From IMG/VR virus record IMGVR_UViG_3300025133_009649, positions 87 to 64,086 of that record: 64,000 bases of DNA; one strand, given 5' to 3'. A model generated the notes under the pieces. The model searched no databases. It was not told where the DNA came from and was given only the letters and a program-made list of their open reading frames with translations. This stretch comes from a virus. Taxonomy: Duplodnaviria; Caudoviricetes. Position 1 is the first letter of the stretch, and the number at the start of each line of letters is the position of its first letter. Position numbers and translations under genes: made by a program. This document shows, piece after piece, positions 39,278-50,100 of this stretch.

Positions 39278-40803
39278 TGGGAATTAAAGATTACAAAGCA
39301 ACAAAAGATAATACCATAACTAATGGTTTTAAACTAATTTCCTCAACGCGCGGCACTGGGTCTAACATGGGTGCTGCTGACATTTTAGAGGTATATTCTA
39401 TATATGGTCAAAACACTACTTCTTCAGCCGAGCTTTCCCGCGCGCTAATCCAGTTTCCGATTACTACAGTTTCTTCTGACAGAACTGCAGGCATAATTCC
39501 GGCTTCTGGAAGTGTTAATTTCTTTTTAAGAATGTTCAATGCACGTCATTCAGAACAACTTCCAAGAGATTTTACTGTAAATGTGCTAGCCGTATCTCAA
39601 TCCTGGCAAGAGGGGTATGGCTTAGACATGGATGGGTATTCTGATCTGACGGATGATAAAATAGAGGGCTCGAACTGGATGAACAGAAATTCAAATCCAG
39701 CGGCGCCATGGGCCCAAGTTGGCGGTGACTATCACTCTTCTTCTTATATTCCTGCTGATACAATGCCGAATTATACTTTTACTTTTAGCGATGGCGATGA
39801 AGATCTTTTAGTTGATGTAACCGCTGCCGTAGAGGAGTGGATTACCGGCACACAAGCGAATAATGGCTTTGGCATTTTTCTTACTTCCAGCCAAGAAGCT
39901 TATGTTGTTGACACATCCGCCGCGGATAGCGAAGATGGCACCGGTGCTGGTGTTCTTTTGAATACAAGCGGGCAAAAGAAGAGTTTTTATACAAAACGAT
40001 TCTTTTCTAGATCAAGCGAGTTCTTCTTTAAGAGGCCGTCTTTAGAGGCTCGATGGGATTCTAGAATTATGGACGATAGAGGCAACTTTTATTCTAGTTC
40101 CTCTATCGCATCTGCCGCCGATAATTTAAATAATCTATATTTATATAATTACATTCGAGGAAACCTTAAAGATATACCACACAGTGAAACTTTAACAGTT
40201 AAGTTATATGCTAGCTCTAACAATGCTCCAGTTGGTGCTGCTCTTGCATCGGCTGTAGCTAACACTTCGAATACAGGAATTTATAAAGCACAAATGGCTA
40301 TTGACACTACCTCTTCCGTTTTACATGATGTTTGGTCCGGCAGTGTTGGTGGTGAATACAAAACAGGATCCATAAGTATAAGAAATTTTAACAATACTAG
40401 TGTCCTACTTTCTAACGATTTTAAACAGTTTACCACAAAAATAACCAATCTTAAGTCAAGATATGCAAGTGACGAAACAGCAAAACTTAGAGTATTTACC
40501 AGACCAAGGAACTTTAGTCCTACAATTTATAGTGTTGCTAACGAAGAAATTCAACATGTAATAAATCCCAGCGCATCTTTTGAGATATTTAGAAGTGTTG
40601 ATAATGAAACAGTTATAAACAATTCAACTGGTAGTGCTACTAGGCATACATTTTTATCATATGACAATTCTGGTAGTTATTTTGATTTAAATATGTCTTT
40701 GTTGGAGCCGGGTTATATGTATGGAATAAGGTTTTTATTTTATTCTTCTGATGGTTGGAGAGAACAGGAAGAAACATTTAATTTTAGAGTTGAAAACAGT
40801 TAA
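39277..40803 (+). CDS. Virion structural protein with DNRLRE-like beta-sandwich domain
   Basis: DNTI, SRALIQF, SWQEG.G, W...GGD, VDVT..VEEW....NNGF, FFSR and RPSLE motif series. Rich in S/T-G/A-S. Confidence 0.55.
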   Translation: MGIKDYKATKDNTITNGFKLISSTRGTGSNMGAADILEVYSIYGQNTTSSAELSRALIQFPITTVSSDRTAGIIPASGSVNFFLRMFNARHSEQLPRDFTVNVLAVSQSWQEGYGLDMDGYSDLTDDKIEGSNWMNRNSNPAAPWAQVGGDYHSSSYIPADTMPNYTFTFSDGDEDLLVDVTAAVEEWITGTQANNGFGIFLTSSQEAYVVDTSAADSEDGTGAGVLLNTSGQKKSFYTKRFFSRSSEFFFKRPSLEARWDSRIMDDRGNFYSSSSIASAADNLNNLYLYNYIRGNLKDIPHSETLTVKLYASSNNAPVGAALASAVANTSNTGIYKAQMAIDTTSSVLHDVWSGSVGGEYKTGSISIRNFNNTSVLLSNDFKQFTTKITNLKSRYASDETAKLRVFTRPRNFSPTIYSVANEEIQHVINPSASFEIFRSVDNETVINNSTGSATRHTFLSYDNSGSYFDLNMSLLEPGYMYGIRFLFYSSDGWREQEETFNFRVENS

Positions 40804-40821
40804 TATGGTTGGATTATTCTT

Positions 40822-43800
40822 ATGAGTGTAAAAGATTTATTTAATAAGGGTTATTCGCTAAAATTTCTTAAGAATAAAAGTCAAGAAGATCTTCGTGAAG
40901 ATCTTGAATCTCAAAGATATCTTACAGCTTATTCTAAAAAATCACAAAGATTTTTACCTGATACAGATTTTACTACGGCATCTAATTTTGCTCGTTTTGG
41001 CCTTGCTGAAGAATACTATGATACTGCGATTAAGCGTATTTATCAGACATATCCTTATGACGGATCCCAAGCTGAGAAAGTTGAATGGGAAAATGAAAGT
41101 ACATATTTAGATCTTTTTATATTCGAAAATGAATATCCAAGAACGAATGGCTTTGTAACATTTAATAGTGGATCATCAACATATACTAGTGATAAGGGGA
41201 CTGGTTTTTATAGTAGTAGTTCTCCTCAATATGTGTATTTCACCGGTGGTCCGCATGCTGATCCGGGTGGCGATTATAAGAGTGATTTTTCGGCCGGCCC
41301 TTCCAAAAAGGGCGTATCAAAAGCTAATATATATCATACAGGAAGTCAGAGAACAAGTAATTTAGAGTTTGATCTAGAAAAAGGCGCGACCATTGAATTT
41401 TGGATGAAAAAAGATGGTTATGCCTTATCTGATCCTGCTACATCAGATGCGAATGAAGTGATTTTTCACCTAGCAAAGTCCGGATCCTATAGTGAAACTT
41501 ATAATCAAGAAATTCTCATATATAAAGGTACCGGCGCCGTAGCAGGCGCAAATGTGGGAATTTCCATATCTTCCGGCTCAGCACAACAAACATTTATACA
41601 CAATATTGGATCTGCTACCGCTATGTCTGATGGCGCTTGGCATCATTATGCATTTACTTTTAAAACGACTAATTCAAAAACACTCACAAATTTATATGTA
41701 GATGGGATTTATCAGTCTCAAGTTATACAAGGAACGACTTTTAATTCTTTTGACGGTCCTTTGGTCGCTAGCATCGGCGCGTTCGCACACCATGTAACTG
41801 CATTTGGTGTTTACCGAGGCGGTGGTAATATTATTTCATGTTCTTTTGATGAATTCAGGTATTGGAAGACAGAGAGGGACGCGCAACAAATTGGTAGATA
41901 TTACCGCGATCAAGTTGGTGGAGGTACAAACACTGATAATATAAAATACGATGACGTCACGAATTTTGTTGATTTAGGCGTATATTATAAATTTAATGAA
42001 GGTATCGCAGGTGATTCCACAACAGATGCTACAATATTAGATTATTCTGGTAGAGTTTCTAATGGTACATTTATAAATTATTCTTCTGAATGTAGAAACA
42101 CAGATTCAGCTATTGTTTTAGCCGGCGCAGCATCAAAAGAATTCAAAGATCCTATTATTTATTCTACTCATACTTCTGTGAACAACTTGATAAAGGAAAA
42201 GAGACTTTTAGGTAAAATGCATGATGATAGCAACCCGGCCTCTCTTTACAAGTCAGTTCCAGGTTGGCTTTTAGAAGAAGACGAAAGAGAATCAAATCAT
42301 TTAAAATATTTAATGCAAATTCTTGCTAGCTATTTTGATGATTTATACTTACAAATAGAGAAATTATCAAGTTTAAAAGACATTAATTATCCAGATGATG
42401 CCAACTATGAGAAGCCTTTACCTTTTGCCGATCGGCTTCTTGAAACTAGGGGATACGACGCTCCAGAATTGTTTGCTCATGCCAGTGCCATGGCGCAGTA
42501 CCTAGAGAGAGATGAAAAAAGACTTTTTGAGAAGAAATTATATGAAGTAAAAAATATAATTTATCAAAATGTTTATAATAATCTTTCTTATATTCAAAAA
42601 TCAAAAGGCACGTATAAATCACTTAGAAACTTTTTAAGATGTTTTGGCGTTGATGAAGAACTAATAAAACTTAATATATACGCAAATAACGATGTTTATG
42701 AATTAAAAGATAATACTACTAATGTTGCGTTACGAAAGAAATTCATTGATTTTGACGATCTTGAAACAAGATACGCTGCGTCGGGCCAGACATCTGGATC
42801 ATTCACTGCAACGGCATATCAATACAAAGATTCTTCTGTAAACAATACAATTTCTTATATACCAGCAATATCTGCTAATCAAGCCTCCGGCGCCGCTTTA
42901 ACTATTGAAGCAGAGGTTATAATACCAAAGAGGGCCATCGCCGGCGATGATAATTTTAAGTTATATCCTTCTTTAATTTCTTCTATTTTCGGTATGCACG
43001 CAGTTTTAGAATCAGATAGTGATTTGTCTTTTGCAGCTGACGATACAATTAATTTTAATATTGCTATTAATAAATCAAGCCTGGATCTACGAACTGGTTA
43101 TTTTTCTTTGACGACCCGCGGCTCGTCAAATATATTATCGGATGTACAAAGTGACAGTTATATAGGCTTATATGATAACCAAAAATGGAATCTTGCATTT
43201 AGGCTTAAACCAACTGGATATCCAAATCCTGCATCAGTAGTTAGCGCGTCTGCCACATATACTTATGAAATGTATGGCAATAATTATATGTCTAACATCA
43301 TTCAAAATGAATTTTCTGTATCTGGTACAATAAGCCTTTCAGATGCTACAAAATTCTTTACGCAGCCAAAAAGAATTTTCGTCGGTGCCGAAAGAACTAA
43401 TTTTACTGGCAGCACAGTAGAAAAATATTCTGATGTTAAGGTATCCTCTGTAAGAGCCTGGTATAGTTATTTAGATGATGAAACCATGCGTGATCATGGC
43501 AAATATTCAAATACTTATGGTGTTTTACATCCACTGAAAAACGCAAATTTAACTGATAAAACTGATTTTTTGGGAACAAAAATTCCGCAAATTAAGACGT
43601 TGATATTAAATTGGAACATGGATAATTTGACTGGTTCAGATGGAAATGGCCGATTTATGATTAGTGATTTTTCTTCAGGTTCTAGCGATACTTCAAATTA
43701 TGGTTTTTTAACTCCTGTTCTAGAAAAAAATTATACTGGTCGTGGAGATTTTTTTGAATCTGCGTTAGAACAGCGTGATCAAGCCATCGATGTTGAATTT

Positions 43801-46800
43801 GTCCAGACAGCAAAACAAAAATTACCAGAGGTTGTTAATAGCGACGATATGGTAAAAATTCTGAATAAACAAGATGACGTGGTTTTCACCAGAGAAACAA
43901 CCTATGTACAGCATTTGTTATCAGTAGAAAAAAGCATGTATCAGACCATTTCTGAAGAGATGATGAGGTTTTTTGCTTCGGTTACCGATTTTAACAATTT
44001 AATTGGTGAGCCCGTTAATCGTTATCGGCCTAACTATAAAAAAATAGAGAAATTAAGGGAACTATTTTTTAGTCGTGTCGAAAGCGATCTAGAATTAGAA
44101 AATTTTGTTGAATATTATAAATGGATAGACGACGCTGTTACTATAATGATTGCACAGTTAATCCCTGTTTCAGCAAATACTGTTGAGTTATTAAGAAACA
44201 TGGTTGAAAGTCATGTTTTGGAGAGAAACAAATATTGGACTAAATTTCCCTCACTTGAATCAGAACCACATAATCCAATATCCTCTATTAAGGGAGTCGA
44301 GGAGCTAAAATACAATTGGAAATTTGGCCATGCCCCCGTCGCTCCAGAACAAAACACTAATCAAAATCAGAATTGTTTGTGGTGGAAGCAAAGAGCAGAG
44401 AGAAATGGTGCTCTTTCATCGAGCGTGGCTTCAGTTAATAATGACAAAAGCAATCTTTTAAAAATTATTGTCACAGAGGTCGGTAACGAAGATATAACGT
44501 TAAAAACGCCTGCAGGAGTAAAATATACTAAGAGTTATTATTCAGATAGAAGCCTGGCAAGACCATGGGATATGACATCTGGTATATCACTGCAGTTAAA
44601 AGGAGGCTCGAACCCCAAACACACAAATAGACAGGATTTGTACAAGAGCGTTATAAAATGGGGTAGTGATGATGACTTTATCTTTATAGATGCGGACAAC
44701 GAAACACCAAAACCAGACTGTACTGACGAGTTGATCCCTGATGAAATTAATAAAAAGTTGTTTAGAGCCCGAACACTAACTATGCCGGCAACTGAGACAG
44801 CCAACTCAGATGCAACAGGTGCAGGTTCAAACGATCAAAATTATGATGATGCAAAATCTGCTCTTTTATTACCTTTTAGCATGTATTCTTCTTCAATCGA
44901 TACTGGCTATAGACAAACATATGTCACTGGTACTATGCCTAAAATTGAATTTGCAAATATGCATGATGATAAATATGGCTTTGACGCAGAAGTGCCAATG
45001 CAAGGCCCATTTACTGAAAAAAATGTTGGTGGAATGCAACATCGGCATGTTGATTTAAATCGCCATGATCCTGTTATCAACTCTACAACAACAAATAAAA
45101 TAGACTCTCCACTAACCAGGCCAGAAGGTTGGCATTTACAAGAATTTTTAGATCAAGATTTTATTGATTATCTTTTTCAAGAGTGGTTTACCAACGCAAC
45201 AACAACCGCTACAACTGATGTTTCTATTTTAGCTTTACCCTATGGAGATATTTCTGGTGAACCAAGCGAGCATGAATATTGGAAAAACGGCGTTGGGGCC
45301 GACAATTCATGGACATTCTTAAAAGGGCCGACACCTTCTGCTGGAACTGGTCCCGGTGGCTCTGCACATGCTACCACTACTTATGCTTACTGTGAAGTTC
45401 AGCCATCTAAAGTTGGCCAAACATTTAGTTTGGTATCACCTTTAGTTGATTTATTAGAGGTTGATTCAGGCGATGTTAAAATACGTTTTAGTTATCACAT
45501 GCATGGTATTCATATAGGCAATCTGAAGGTTCAAGCATCGCAGGATCCTAATTTTGAAATTGATGTGGAGGATCTCTTGGTTGATTGGGGCACTTTTCAG
45601 AGCACTGTTATTTCCGGACAGCAGCACACTAATGAAGCAGATTCTTTCACCACCAATGCCGAGGTAGGTTCAACATCGTCGGGCAATGGTCTTGCAAATT
45701 GGCTTGGAAAACGTTTTTATATAAGATTTTTCTATACTGCTGGTATAAGCCACCTTGGTGATTGCGCTATTGACCGCCCTCGTATTTACAAAGGAAACGA
45801 TGGCATAGGCATAACACAAAATTCCTTTAAACTCCTCAATCCAACTTATGACAACCATCATAGACCAAGCGCAATTTACACACGGCAAGAATTTGCAAAA
45901 CGCCCTGTAAACATTCGCAATATTCACATGACTGGAAATTCACCTACAGTTGCAGGAAATTATCTTAATAGATACGAATATATCAGTACAACAAGCCCCG
46001 AAGCCAATGATCCATTTTTTGTGAAGAATCCAGATAAAATTGCATCGTCACAAGAAAGCCCTGTACTACATAAAATTGAAAATCTTTTAAGTACACCACC
46101 AGGAACAGCTCGAACCGCGCTGCGCTACAAAAATTATAGACTTCCTGACCGATCTTATATAACTGGTACTTTTGATAATACAACCGGAAAGTGGTCAGAT
46201 GGGACGGTTAAAAACAGAACAAGAATAATGACAAGATTCACTGCGCATAGCGGCTATGAATCTATGTCTCGTGGTTATTTAGATACTGCTCATGAGACGT
46301 ATTCTGTATACAATGTTATGACATATAGAAATATATCATCAAGAGTAATACATAACACACAATTGCAAGCCCACCAGGGCCAACATGGCGTTAGTACACA
46401 CGGAGAGGGGTTCGTCTCGCACGGTATCGCCCGGGGCAATCAGGTTGGGTATGGGTCCGTCCGATGGGACGGCGCGCCATCTAATGGAAATACTTTAATA
46501 TTAACAAACTATCAAGGTAAAATTGTTACTTATAAGATAGACACTTCTAACACTCATATTGATGGTCGTCTTCATAGCGATGGTATTAGCATAAACGTTG
46601 GCATGCACGGCGCCTCAGCTGACGACACCCGAGCCGAGCGTCTAGAAGCGGTTATTAACGCCACCACCGGTATCGATATAAGCGCCGATAGTGTCACTAT
46701 CGGCTCTTATAATGTGACGCGCGTATACCAAAAATTCCCGTCGCGTCTAGGGAATACTAAGATTATTAATAATATTACTAATACAACTTCTTATGGTTTT

Positions 46801-47088
46801 ACATATAGTGGTTATAACGCAAGAGTATTTGGAGAAGGCGATAAAGTTGAAAAAGTTGGATTTATAAATTCTGAAGATTATACTCTTTCCGTTGGCAACG
46901 AGGCCGGCCAGGCCGCAAAACATAAATATCATAGAAACAATTTAGAAAGAATAAGATTTCTTGGTGATGACCCAACATCAAATAGTGTAACTTTTCTTAC
47001 GGCCTCCTCATATGATAACGCTTTTGTTTCTCATATGATACCAAGAACAGATAAGCAATATGCATGGATAACAGGATCATTAATTTAG
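40822..47088 (+). CDS. Large baseplate wedge (gp7-like)/tail protein with LamG-like and MAM domains
   Basis: LamG-like TIEFWMK, WHHYAFT, LYVDG and FDEFRYW (~41380-42070). Wedge-type KSKGT..SL..FL.CFG (~42600). MAM-like GPTPSAGTGP, FSYHMHG..IG.L.V and GDCAID (~45270-45790). Confidence 0.7.
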   Translation: MSVKDLFNKGYSLKFLKNKSQEDLREDLESQRYLTAYSKKSQRFLPDTDFTTASNFARFGLAEEYYDTAIKRIYQTYPYDGSQAEKVEWENESTYLDLFIFENEYPRTNGFVTFNSGSSTYTSDKGTGFYSSSSPQYVYFTGGPHADPGGDYKSDFSAGPSKKGVSKANIYHTGSQRTSNLEFDLEKGATIEFWMKKDGYALSDPATSDANEVIFHLAKSGSYSETYNQEILIYKGTGAVAGANVGISISSGSAQQTFIHNIGSATAMSDGAWHHYAFTFKTTNSKTLTNLYVDGIYQSQVIQGTTFNSFDGPLVASIGAFAHHVTAFGVYRGGGNIISCSFDEFRYWKTERDAQQIGRYYRDQVGGGTNTDNIKYDDVTNFVDLGVYYKFNEGIAGDSTTDATILDYSGRVSNGTFINYSSECRNTDSAIVLAGAASKEFKDPIIYSTHTSVNNLIKEKRLLGKMHDDSNPASLYKSVPGWLLEEDERESNHLKYLMQILASYFDDLYLQIEKLSSLKDINYPDDANYEKPLPFADRLLETRGYDAPELFAHASAMAQYLERDEKRLFEKKLYEVKNIIYQNVYNNLSYIQKSKGTYKSLRNFLRCFGVDEELIKLNIYANNDVYELKDNTTNVALRKKFIDFDDLETRYAASGQTSGSFTATAYQYKDSSVNNTISYIPAISANQASGAALTIEAEVIIPKRAIAGDDNFKLYPSLISSIFGMHAVLESDSDLSFAADDTINFNIAINKSSLDLRTGYFSLTTRGSSNILSDVQSDSYIGLYDNQKWNLAFRLKPTGYPNPASVVSASATYTYEMYGNNYMSNIIQNEFSVSGTISLSDATKFFTQPKRIFVGAERTNFTGSTVEKYSDVKVSSVRAWYSYLDDETMRDHGKYSNTYGVLHPLKNANLTDKTDFLGTKIPQIKTLILNWNMDNLTGSDGNGRFMISDFSSGSSDTSNYGFLTPVLEKNYTGRGDFFESALEQRDQAIDVEFVQTAKQKLPEVVNSDDMVKILNKQDDVVFTRETTYVQHLLSVEKSMYQTISEEMMRFFASVTDFNNLIGEPVNRYRPNYKKIEKLRELFFSRVESDLELENFVEYYKWIDDAVTIMIAQLIPVSANTVELLRNMVESHVLERNKYWTKFPSLESEPHNPISSIKGVEELKYNWKFGHAPVAPEQNTNQNQNCLWWKQRAERNGALSSSVASVNNDKSNLLKIIVTEVGNEDITLKTPAGVKYTKSYYSDRSLARPWDMTSGISLQLKGGSNPKHTNRQDLYKSVIKWGSDDDFIFIDADNETPKPDCTDELIPDEINKKLFRARTLTMPATETANSDATGAGSNDQNYDDAKSALLLPFSMYSSSIDTGYRQTYVTGTMPKIEFANMHDDKYGFDAEVPMQGPFTEKNVGGMQHRHVDLNRHDPVINSTTTNKIDSPLTRPEGWHLQEFLDQDFIDYLFQEWFTNATTTATTDVSILALPYGDISGEPSEHEYWKNGVGADNSWTFLKGPTPSAGTGPGGSAHATTTYAYCEVQPSKVGQTFSLVSPLVDLLEVDSGDVKIRFSYHMHGIHIGNLKVQASQDPNFEIDVEDLLVDWGTFQSTVISGQQHTNEADSFTTNAEVGSTSSGNGLANWLGKRFYIRFFYTAGISHLGDCAIDRPRIYKGNDGIGITQNSFKLLNPTYDNHHRPSAIYTRQEFAKRPVNIRNIHMTGNSPTVAGNYLNRYEYISTTSPEANDPFFVKNPDKIASSQESPVLHKIENLLSTPPGTARTALRYKNYRLPDRSYITGTFDNTTGKWSDGTVKNRTRIMTRFTAHSGYESMSRGYLDTAHETYSVYNVMTYRNISSRVIHNTQLQAHQGQHGVSTHGEGFVSHGIARGNQVGYGSVRWDGAPSNGNTLILTNYQGKIVTYKIDTSNTHIDGRLHSDGISINVGMHGASADDTRAERLEAVINATTGIDISADSVTIGSYNVTRVYQKFPSRLGNTKIINNITNTTSYGFTYSGYNARVFGEGDKVEKVGFINSEDYTLSVGNEAGQAAKHKYHRNNLERIRFLGDDPTSNSVTFLTASSYDNAFVSHMIPRTDKQYAWITGSLI

Positions 47089-47125
47089 TGTATAATCTAA
47101 TTATATTATAGGATTGAGGCAGAAA

Positions 47126-50100
47126 ATGGCGACAAACGAGACATTAAATTTTATAAGTGCGAGCGAACTAGTAATTTATCAGGATGGAGATGATCCTTAT
47201 TTTGCAGGCTCTAAGCCGACGCTCGACGGCGCCGGGTTTTCTGAGTGGTACGCTTTTGATTTTGTTGGTTTAAACATAGGAATAGTAGACCCAGTTAGTT
47301 CTTCAGATAACATAGTTGGATATCCAGCTGCAGCTGCCGTAACTAATTATATAAATCGTCCTGTTGGATACGGTGTCTCTGGTCATAACGATTTAATGTC
47401 CCTAACATCCGACGCCGCGGCGCAGACGTTAAACCCTCTTTTACATCATCGGAACGGCCCTTATGGACATCCTACATGGAAACAAATAAGAGGTGGCCAA
47501 CATCCTGTCGCGAGACACTTTCGCTTGAATAACACGATGTCGGTTGATTTACAATGGCCAGTAGATCCTATATACAGAGAATCTCTCCGACGTGAGCGAC
47601 GTGAACAACAGGAAAATTATAATTTTATAGAATACGATATATACCAGGAAGACCAAAATATAATATTGAGCAATCCAGTATATTCTGATTACTTTAGTCC
47701 TAAATTACATCAATATTATGAACCGGTTTTGACAACAAAACATAAGCCTCTGGAATTTAAAGCAACCATACCAGGAGGCGGACCGATAAGAGTTAGAACA
47801 TCTTTTATGAATAAAATGATGGATTTTTCTAGTGACGATTTAAATAAAGATTTGCGATTTTCTTCTGGGATCCCTGCGTCGGCTCTGCCGCTCGGCGGAG
47901 GTATACCATGGAAGAGAACAAACCAAAAATATTATAATATTTTTCGTATGGCAAAGGCCACGGGCGCTACTTTATTTATATATTCTGAAAGACTTTATCC
48001 TAGAGAAATTAATTCTTATAGAGCATTCAAAACAAAAAGGCCAAATTATGAAGAAGCTCCTGGCACTGGCCACAATGGTTATGATAGAGCGCTCCATCGT
48101 CTTTTTTGGAAGGACACCCAAGGCGGAGATACTTCAACAACAATAACTTCTTCTGCTACTTCTGATGGTACCACGAGATTAAGAACTGTCGGCACCGCCT
48201 TAAGCTCGGTAGAAACTTTGCAGAATATGAATTTTTCATCAACAACGCTTGAATTTCTAACTGGTTCTGCTCTTATATACGGTTCTTCCGCAACAGCGTC
48301 TTTAGTTGACGGAATTTCGAATCTTTTGGTCAATTCTATCACTAATGGCGTGGTTACCGACAGATACTATCACGCACATGCATCCGGCGTAATTGATCAA
48401 AAAGATGCTCATCAACCTTACCCAATATCTCTTTTAAGCTCCTGGCCCCTCGACGCTAGAGACGATATATATGATAAGCCTGATTATTTAACTTCTAGTA
48501 TAGGTGGGAAAGGTTTACAGATTGGTTTGACTCCGCACAAAGGAGGCCACTACGATATCGTGGATATGGATGACAATCTTATAGGCTCAAACACTTTGTA
48601 CAACACCATTCGACACTCCGGCCAAACAGCAATTTCAGCATCTTCAGTAATACAAGCTGCAGTTAACTTGCATACTGGCTCTGCTGGGGAACTGGTTTAT
48701 AGTACAAAACCAACAATATTTTATGCTGAGGGCACGGACCACAAATTCGTCACCGGCGGATATAAAGCACCAACAGCCTCGCTACAATATAATAGGCACA
48801 CTTATCCTTATAACACACCATTTTATGTTACCAACAGGGTGCGAGGACGTAATCCTTTTTATAAATCATATGATGACTTCGTAAGCCAACTAAAATATCT
48901 AGGACGTGATTATTCTATTGTGCCAGAATATCGATATTCTGATCATATGGATTACTATAATACAACATATGGTACTACTTTGAGCGCTCCGAATAAGCTT
49001 CTTTTTAAGGAAGCCATTTTTGACACGGAGGCCCTCGGTGGTGATATTGCACATCTGGGAAACAAATTGGTGAGAGCGGTGTCCTTTATGGACTGGTCTG
49101 ACTCAATCGAGAACCCACCGAGCGAGGAGTTGTTAGAGATTTATAAAGCCAGTTTTTTGATATTGGATGGGGCGGATGTCACTTCTAGCGCGAACGCAAC
49201 AGGGAGTTATCTCAAAACAACAGATCGATATAAATATAATGATATAAGTGGCGCCACAGCTGTCACACCTCCAGGATTCACGCCGAGTATCTATACTTAT
49301 TTAGGAGATAAAACCAGCGTAGATTTTGATGGTAAATATGCAACTACTGATTCCACAATTAATTTTTCTAATTTATTAGAGATTCCAGAAGGCTTTACTG
49401 AGGGGCAAGATTCAATTCCACGATCTGTAAAGTTTAAGTGCTCTATTATAAAAAAGCTTTTACCATATAACGGATTTTACCCTGTTACAAGAACAACACA
49501 GATAGGCAACGCGTTTAAAAAAGAATTTGTAGCAGCTTCGGGCTACACAGGATCGATGACCGAGACCCCGAGCGGGTTTTACTCCTGCGAAGACCAAGCT
49601 TATTTGCAGGCTCTGTTGGAGCCGTTTATGGCTCCTGGCGTCCTATACAACTCTATAAAATCTGGTATTGCTGTTGATTATCCAATTTATACCGCCAGCA
49701 TGGGTGCCTCCGACGCCGCGGCTGCAGCTTCAAGGCCTAATTACCATGTCCCACGGCCTTTCATTAGCTCTTCTGCCGATGGGTCAATCCTTCCACTCCG
49801 GGAAGCAGGCCCTCATCACCACGCTTTATCTTCATCTTATCATGGCGGTTTACATATGCTCGGCGCTAGTCATTGTATTCCTTCAATATTAACTTCTTTT
49901 TATGGCGCCAGGTTCCCTTTTCGTTATTTATATAATCTAGATGAACTGGAATTACAATTTGGGGGTGATACAAGGCCTTCGATTCATTTGGTTTCTGATT
50001 TTGTTGATTTGAACAGGTTTACACAGACCTGTACAGTTCCAGGGGGGGATTGCACGGATTCTATGAGCGGTAGTATACTAATCGGAGACCCTTCTGTGAC

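Noticed and set aside
47086-47126. Stop-codon recoding (TAG read-through) joining the 2088-aa and ~1795-aa genes
   Set aside because: An in-frame TAA follows within four codons, the next gene has its own SD, and the standard code already gives very long, tightly packed ORFs.
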